The position numbers were made by a program, and so were the translations under genes. Below, in pieces: positions 48,926-64,000 of a DNA stretch of 64,000 nt (the first letter of the stretch is position 1; each line of letters starts with the position of its first letter). Origin of the DNA: Hormiphora californensis (taxonomy: Eukaryota; Animalia; Ctenophora); assembly GCA_020137815.1 (NCBI GenBank), contig CM035358.1, forward strand, positions 4,588,001-4,652,000, written 5' to 3'. Below the pieces are notes generated by a model. The model was given only the letters and a program-made list of their open reading frames with translations. It had not been told where the DNA came from and ran no database searches.

Positions 48926-49050
48926 ATAATATAACAAACCGTGTTGCTGTATAATAGTTTGAACTAAAGGCTGCTTTTTTGTGATGGATTTAGACTTGGA
49001 AGAAAGATCCCAAAATGAATCCAGCTCTGAATTTTAACATTACATTTTCA

Positions 49051-58275
<9,225 letters not shown>

Positions 58276-59353
58276 TGAATGCGTGTGTTATAATCGATGA
58301 AACTGTCTTGCTGTTCATAAAATGTGTTGTATATTATGTTTGGATGTGATAAATTTGGTAAAAAAACTGGGTAGTATGACATAGGTCCTATGTCATACTA
58401 CCAAAAACTGACGAGAGAGAAAGATTTTAGTTCATGCAGCAAGAAAGATCTACAGATTTCATTATAGCCATGATTATGATTAATTTTGGGAGGTACGCTG
58501 TTACATATTATGTGTTGCGTATCAGTGCTGCTTGTAGTCGTATTACCGTAATGGAAATACAGTAATGAGACACGCACGTTGCATAACACACGGCAAAAAT
58601 TGCATGTGTTCAGCACGTACTAGCGCCCTGATTGGCCACGGTTGCGCGTCGTCTTACTGTATCTCCGTTTTCCATTACCGTTTTCCCATTACAAGCGACC
58701 GTGTAAGTGTTTATTTACTGTCCATGGCGCTGCGACCCCATCTGAGCGCACTGTCAAATCGGGGTCTGGCGCCGCCAGACAGTTTAAATTTATGTGTGTG
58801 ATCATGGAACTACTTTGCCGACCGAATCAGGAAATACTGGTCCCTGATTAGTGTTCAACTAATAATGTGCCAAAAAGTATATTTGAGTTTATTTAAAAAG
58901 TTGTTAAATTTCAGCGTTCAATTGTTTAATAATGCCCTGTTATAATATATTTTCTTTGACGACATACCCCAACCAATGAGAGTAATATATTTGATAATTT
59001 TAACACAACAAGTGTTATCCTCAAATAAAGACAAATGACCTCATAGTGTGAGAGACATAGCAGAGTCTCGCCCGCCCACCTTTGTATGTTTTGACTTGGG
59101 TTAAAGACACACAAAGGCGGCATTGTCCTCGTTGGTGCATTATCGGTCTTGTACCCCCTTCACACCTAGTAGAGCTGCACAAGTTACAAGCACCTCCTCC
59201 TTTGTTTTGTTCAAACCCAGAGAGGGTCGAACAAGGCAACTCCTTCTCCAAACAAAGGAGACACAGTGAAACATGTTAACAATACAACATGCGAGGCAGT
59301 ATAAAACTAAGCCCTCCTAGCTCCCATCCTCACCATTACCAACACACACAACT

Positions 59354-61863
59354 ATGAAGCTTCTACTGTGTCTCTCCCTTGTAATCTCCGCAGTGTGCGG
59401 CATCGTTCCCGGATCCTCCGGACCCCAGGACGGACCAACTAAAACCTCCGGGGATCAGTCCCACATGAGCTTTAACCGGGCCTACAGGAAGTTCAGCTCC
59501 GAACTCCAGGTTTGTGTGATATGCAGTGACAGACAAACAAACATGGTGACAGACGTAGATATGTATGGTGAAAAACAATTGACGTTGAACATTCATATTG
59601 GACATAGCCCTCATCTTACTTAAGTTAATTTCGTATCTCCCCCCTATAACAACTAAATCTCCCCCTATAACAACAGCAAGACCATGTTCTGATGAGTGGT
59701 AACGGGGACGCCAAGCAGAGAGTCAAAGTACTACAGGGAAGCGAAGAAGCAGATTGAAGCGGTCAACAGTGACTCTTCCAGCACCTTCACCGCTGAAGTC
59801 AACAAGGTACAACGATATTGAGTTGATAGTTGATATTTTAGTGTCAGTGTGATGTCTGATATCACTCTCCTTGCTCCAAAGTGTGAGGGAAAGGATTAGT
59901 GCGATGCCTGACAGTGATTGTTTCATATAAGACCGTCCTCTTCGCACATCGTGTGCTGTTTTGTAAACCTGATGATATCCAACAGCCAACTCACACTCTC
60001 TCTCCACAGTTTTCCATCATGAGTGAGTCTGAGAAGAATGGTTTCCGGGGTTTGAACGTCAGTAACGCCCTCAACAGGAACACAAGGAAGACAAAGAGGG
60101 AGGTGACAAAGAGGTCCACTCCCTCTGAGTATTCTTGGTACAGCTACACCACTGACATCAAGGACCAGGGACAATGTGGTAGTTGTTGGTCTTTTGCAGG
60201 TAAGCCATAGGAGGTTGGCGCTACGTAAAGGGGATTGTACGTTGTGTCCTAGTTGGTCGAGGCCTTGTACATCCTGATTTCGCTGAGGATAAGGAGATCA
60301 ATCAGAAATGGCTGAGGCCTGGGCCCCGGAGTCCGGAGGACCGAAACTAAAAACAGATTTGTTGTCTTATTTTAATTCGATCACATAACAACACCAATCT
60401 TGTCAGGTGTTGCTATTGTGGAGACTCTGAACAAGGCTTACGGGGGAGACCTCCGACAGATGAGCGAACAAGAGATTGTGGATTGTAACAGCTCCGGATC
60501 CGAGTGTAACGGAGGTAAGTGTGAACTGGTGAACAGTACTTCACCTTTCCCGGAATCATTAAACGTCAACCGTGCGCTGCAAGGCAGCTAACAGCCCCCT
60601 TCTAAGAATCATATTAAACCCCAAACTAGTTATATTTCGCCATTTTGTAGTTGATATATTGGAATTAAGTTCCTAGAGTTGAGTTCTACACTTTTGTAGT
60701 TTAGGCAACCCTCCTCTTCCCAACCCAGGATTTCCCTTTTCTAATTACCCAATCTGCAGGATGGTACACAACTGTTTGGGATTATGTCAAGAGCTCCAAC
60801 CGACTGGCCTACAAGTCTTCTTATGACTACGCTGGTGCCAAGGGGTCATGCAGAAGTGGTAAGACAATCAATTAGGTGTCTGACAAGAATAAATCGATAC
60901 ACAAGAGAAATGGCCCTGCAAAGTACTTTGCAAGACAATAATTCCAACCATGATACTAATTTATATATCTAATCTAATCCCAAAATCACCTCCCAATAAC
61001 ACCTCCCACTAACACCCAATATGTAACACCTCTCACCATTTAGGTAGCACTACAAACGCCCTCCAGTACAGCCTGAACAGCTACGATGGCAGCGGTGGAT
61101 CTACCGAGGCTGATCTTGTTTCTGATCTGTACACTTACGGGCCTGTTGCCATTGCTGTCAGGTACTTATTAGCCACTGTACAGTTGGAAAAGTAGTTTAA
61201 AAAAAAAGCTGGCCTTAACTCCCGGTTGTTCAATCGCCATAAACCATTTGCATTACAAATCTTATCAAATCTCCACCTAAACAGCCCTATTTCCTTACAG
61301 GTGCAGCACCAACTTCTACAGCTACTCCAGTGGTGTATTTAACGAGGACGTTGCCAGCAGCGTCGACCACGCTGTTGTTGCCATTGGTTACGCCAGCAAC
61401 TACTTTTTAGTCAGGTAAAAAGCAGGAACCGACCGAATCAGGAAATACTGGTCCCTGATAGGCTGACAACCAGTCACGTGACCTAAATAACGAGTTCTGA
61501 TTGGTTGTTTACTTGTTTCGGTCGGTTCCTGGTAAAAAGGAAGCTGTCATGCGCTAAAATTACATGATGAATCAAATAAAACTATTAGCCTTTTCTTACA
61601 AACATCAAACCTTTCCCTTTCTTCCTATCGCTCAGTAATTTACACCGCCGACCTGATCTGAGCGCAATGCTTTCTTTCCAGGAATTCACACCGCTAATAT
61701 TCAATCCTCTCTCTCTCACAGGAACTCATGGGGTACCAGCTGGGGAGTCTCTGGACACATTTATCTGGGACGAGGTCTCAGTAGCTCCAACACATACGCT
61801 TACTACTCCGCTCATATCACCAGTATGAGCGCTATGAAGCTACTTGAAGAGAAGGAAGAGTAA
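59354..61863 (+). CDS. Papain-family (C1A, cathepsin L-like) cysteine protease, 8 exons; +1 frameshift in exon 2
   Basis: Signal peptide MKLLLCLSLVISAVCG; propeptide VNKFSIMSESE; IKDQGQCGSCWSF (Cys); MSEQEIVDC..CNGGW; YGPVAIAV; VDHAVVAIGY (His); VRNSWGTSWG (Asn); TATAAAA at ~59300. Confidence 0.93.
61423..61531. mobile_element. hAT-type MITE (same family as 16700, opposite orientation)
   Basis: Same TIRs; 8-bp TSD GTAAAAAG. A partial copy lies at ~58819-58849. Confidence 0.9.
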
Positions 61864-63236
61864 ACACAGTCCATGGAGGAGGAGATCTTTTAACTGACCG
61901 ATGAACCAAGTTAAAAGAGTTTTTTAAATTGCAAACTTAAAATTTAAACTTCCTGAAATATAACAATGCTATTTTAATTGTCTCTCACTTAACTCCAACC
62001 ACAATCGGTATCTCAACTACAACCTTTTTGAGTCCCAACTTGCCCCTAACCGCTATAGAGAAGGTGGCAAGATATTCCAGCTCTATAATACTGCAATATC
62101 GTGTGTTAACATCACAAATAGCCGGGATAAAGAGAGGGACGTGCTCCCAAATGTAGGAGGAATGGGGGGCAATCTCGCCTCGTTTTGTACTGCATATCCT
62201 CTTCGCTATCGACTCCTTTCCACCATCTGGAGAAAATAGATATCAATCATATATCAACATTTCACTGTGTAAAATTATAAAATAATAGTTGGAACGATCC
62301 AACCTGTTTGTTTATCGCACCCATCTCATACACACGACACACCATGGGCAGACCCTCTACCTAAATATGTCACATCGCTCCCATGTCACATTGACACACA
62401 CACACCTACTCTCACACACATACACACCTGATACCTGTTCTGACTCTCTCTCTCTAATGTTACCTGCACGGAAGGTGACTGTCTGATGGATGGCCACCTC
62501 AGAGTATTGGGTGGTTCTGTCTGACATGTTCCTAATATCTGCTGTTACCCTCATATTCTCTCCCACATACCAACCTGTCAAATAATGGAGTTTGAATAAA
62601 GTTTGATAAATTAAACTAGAAGTCTGAATAGAACGGTTAATGTGACTCACAATTCACATTAATCGTTCCATTCAGACTTCTAGTGAATTAGATGGCCAAA
62701 CAACTCATCCCGCATGCTGTCTGAAACTCTAACTTCTTGTCAACTAAAGCTTACCGGTTCGTGGTAGAGTGAATAGGAAGGACACGTCTCCAGCTCCCTT
62801 CCCACAACACATGTATCCGACCCTCTTGAATGCTTGCTCGTACCTGTTAATAAGGTTACACATGTTATGCTCTCTTTTCGGAGCGTGTTCGTCTCGACAT
62901 TGCGCGTCGCGGGTGAACGAGCTAACCCGGGTGAACGAGCTAACAATAGTGAACTTACATGCGATATACTGCATCGCGCGCATGTAATTGCACTATTGTT
63001 AGCTTGTTCACCCGGGTTTGGTACAGCCTGCGACGCGCAATGTTGAGACGAACACGTTCCGAAAATGCAGGATTATGCAATTTTGCACCTTTTAGAGGGT
63101 TACAGTGCTGCTTGCAGTCAAAATACGGTATCGCGAAATACAGTAATGAGACACACACGTTGCATAACACGCGGCAAAAAGTTCATGTGTCAGCACGTAC
63201 TAGCGTACTGATTGGCCACGGTTGCACGTCGTCTTA

Positions 63237-63610
63237 GGCCGGGTCCAGACGAGTGGTAGGTAGCTACTATGGCAGGGTGCTATGGCAGGGTGCTATGGCA
63301 GGTGGGTACTGTCCAGACGAGTGGTAGCTAAGCTACCATAGTAGGCCATCTACCACTCGTCTGGACACCCTCCGACACAAATCAATCATCGGGGGTATCA
63401 AATTTCTTATGCCCCATACAAGTAAAGTTGCAATGGTAGGTTGTCAGAGGGTGTCCAGACGAGTGACACCCTACTATAGCAGGGTGTAATAGGCCGAGGT
63501 ATAACACCCTGCAATGGTAGATATAAGTGTCCAGACGAGTGGTAGGTGTGGTAGATATCTACTATAGCACCCTGCCATAGTAGCTACCTACAACTCGTCT
63601 GGACCCAGCC
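63237..63610. mobile_element. PIF/Harbinger-type MITE nested in an older repeat
   Basis: TIR GGCCGGGTCCAGACGAG / CTCGTCTGGACCCAGCC; TTA TSD; the uninterrupted host repeat (empty site GTCGTCTTACTGTATC) is at ~58557-58704. Confidence 0.9.
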
Positions 63611-64000
63611 TTACTGTATCTTCGTTTTCCATTACCGTTTTCCCACTACAAGCGACCGTGTTAGTCGAAAGTAAACAAGGAAGTTGTTGGGTACTAATAT
63701 CAAGTTGTGATACAAATGGCAAACGGTAAATATTGGAAGTGAAGTGCAATCGTGTTCAGCTTATCTTTTATAGCTTCAGATGTTACTAGGAGATACTAGG
63801 AGGTACCAGGAGATACCAGCGAACTCCATGAGATGCCAGCAAACCCATAGGAGGTACTGGCAAACTCCAGGAGACACTAGGGGGTACTAGGGGACACTAG
63901 TAAACACAAGCAAACCCTAGAATTCACTGGTAGTTGCTGGGAGGTGTTATTTGTGCTCTCCAACAACTGCAGTAATGACCCATTAGCGAAGCTGACTCTA

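Overview
Eukaryotic (animal) genomic DNA with short GT-AG introns, many (GA)n microsatellites and many non-autonomous transposons. A ~110-bp MITE matches my recollection of a Pleurobrachia-type ctenophore repeat, so a ctenophore origin is inferred, not shown. Genes read by manual splicing: a LAR/PTPRF-like type I receptor with a large Lys-block/acid-block ectodomain exon (-, runs off the window), RSU1, RPL12 and RPL7 (tightly packed, -), RRM2 (+), an intronless secreted dibasic-site protein (-), LRRIQ3 (-, ~17.5 kb) hosting a nested intronless UDP-glycosyltransferase (+), a BTB-BACK-Kelch gene (+) and a papain-family cysteine protease (+). Most unusual: inside an LRRIQ3 intron, six copies of a ~29-bp direct repeat (consensus GTTTCAATACATTTCCARAATACAGGGTT) separate 0.27-2 kb mosaics of fragments from unrelated transposons (Penelope RT/GIY-YIG, hAT, a PCHTQAVER-type transposase). 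All recognised fragments share one orientation, giving a repeat/spacer-like transposon archive. Also notable: a 6.1-kb foldback element with an 8-bp TSD, saturated with TTGGCGCCAA (E2F-like) palindromes.
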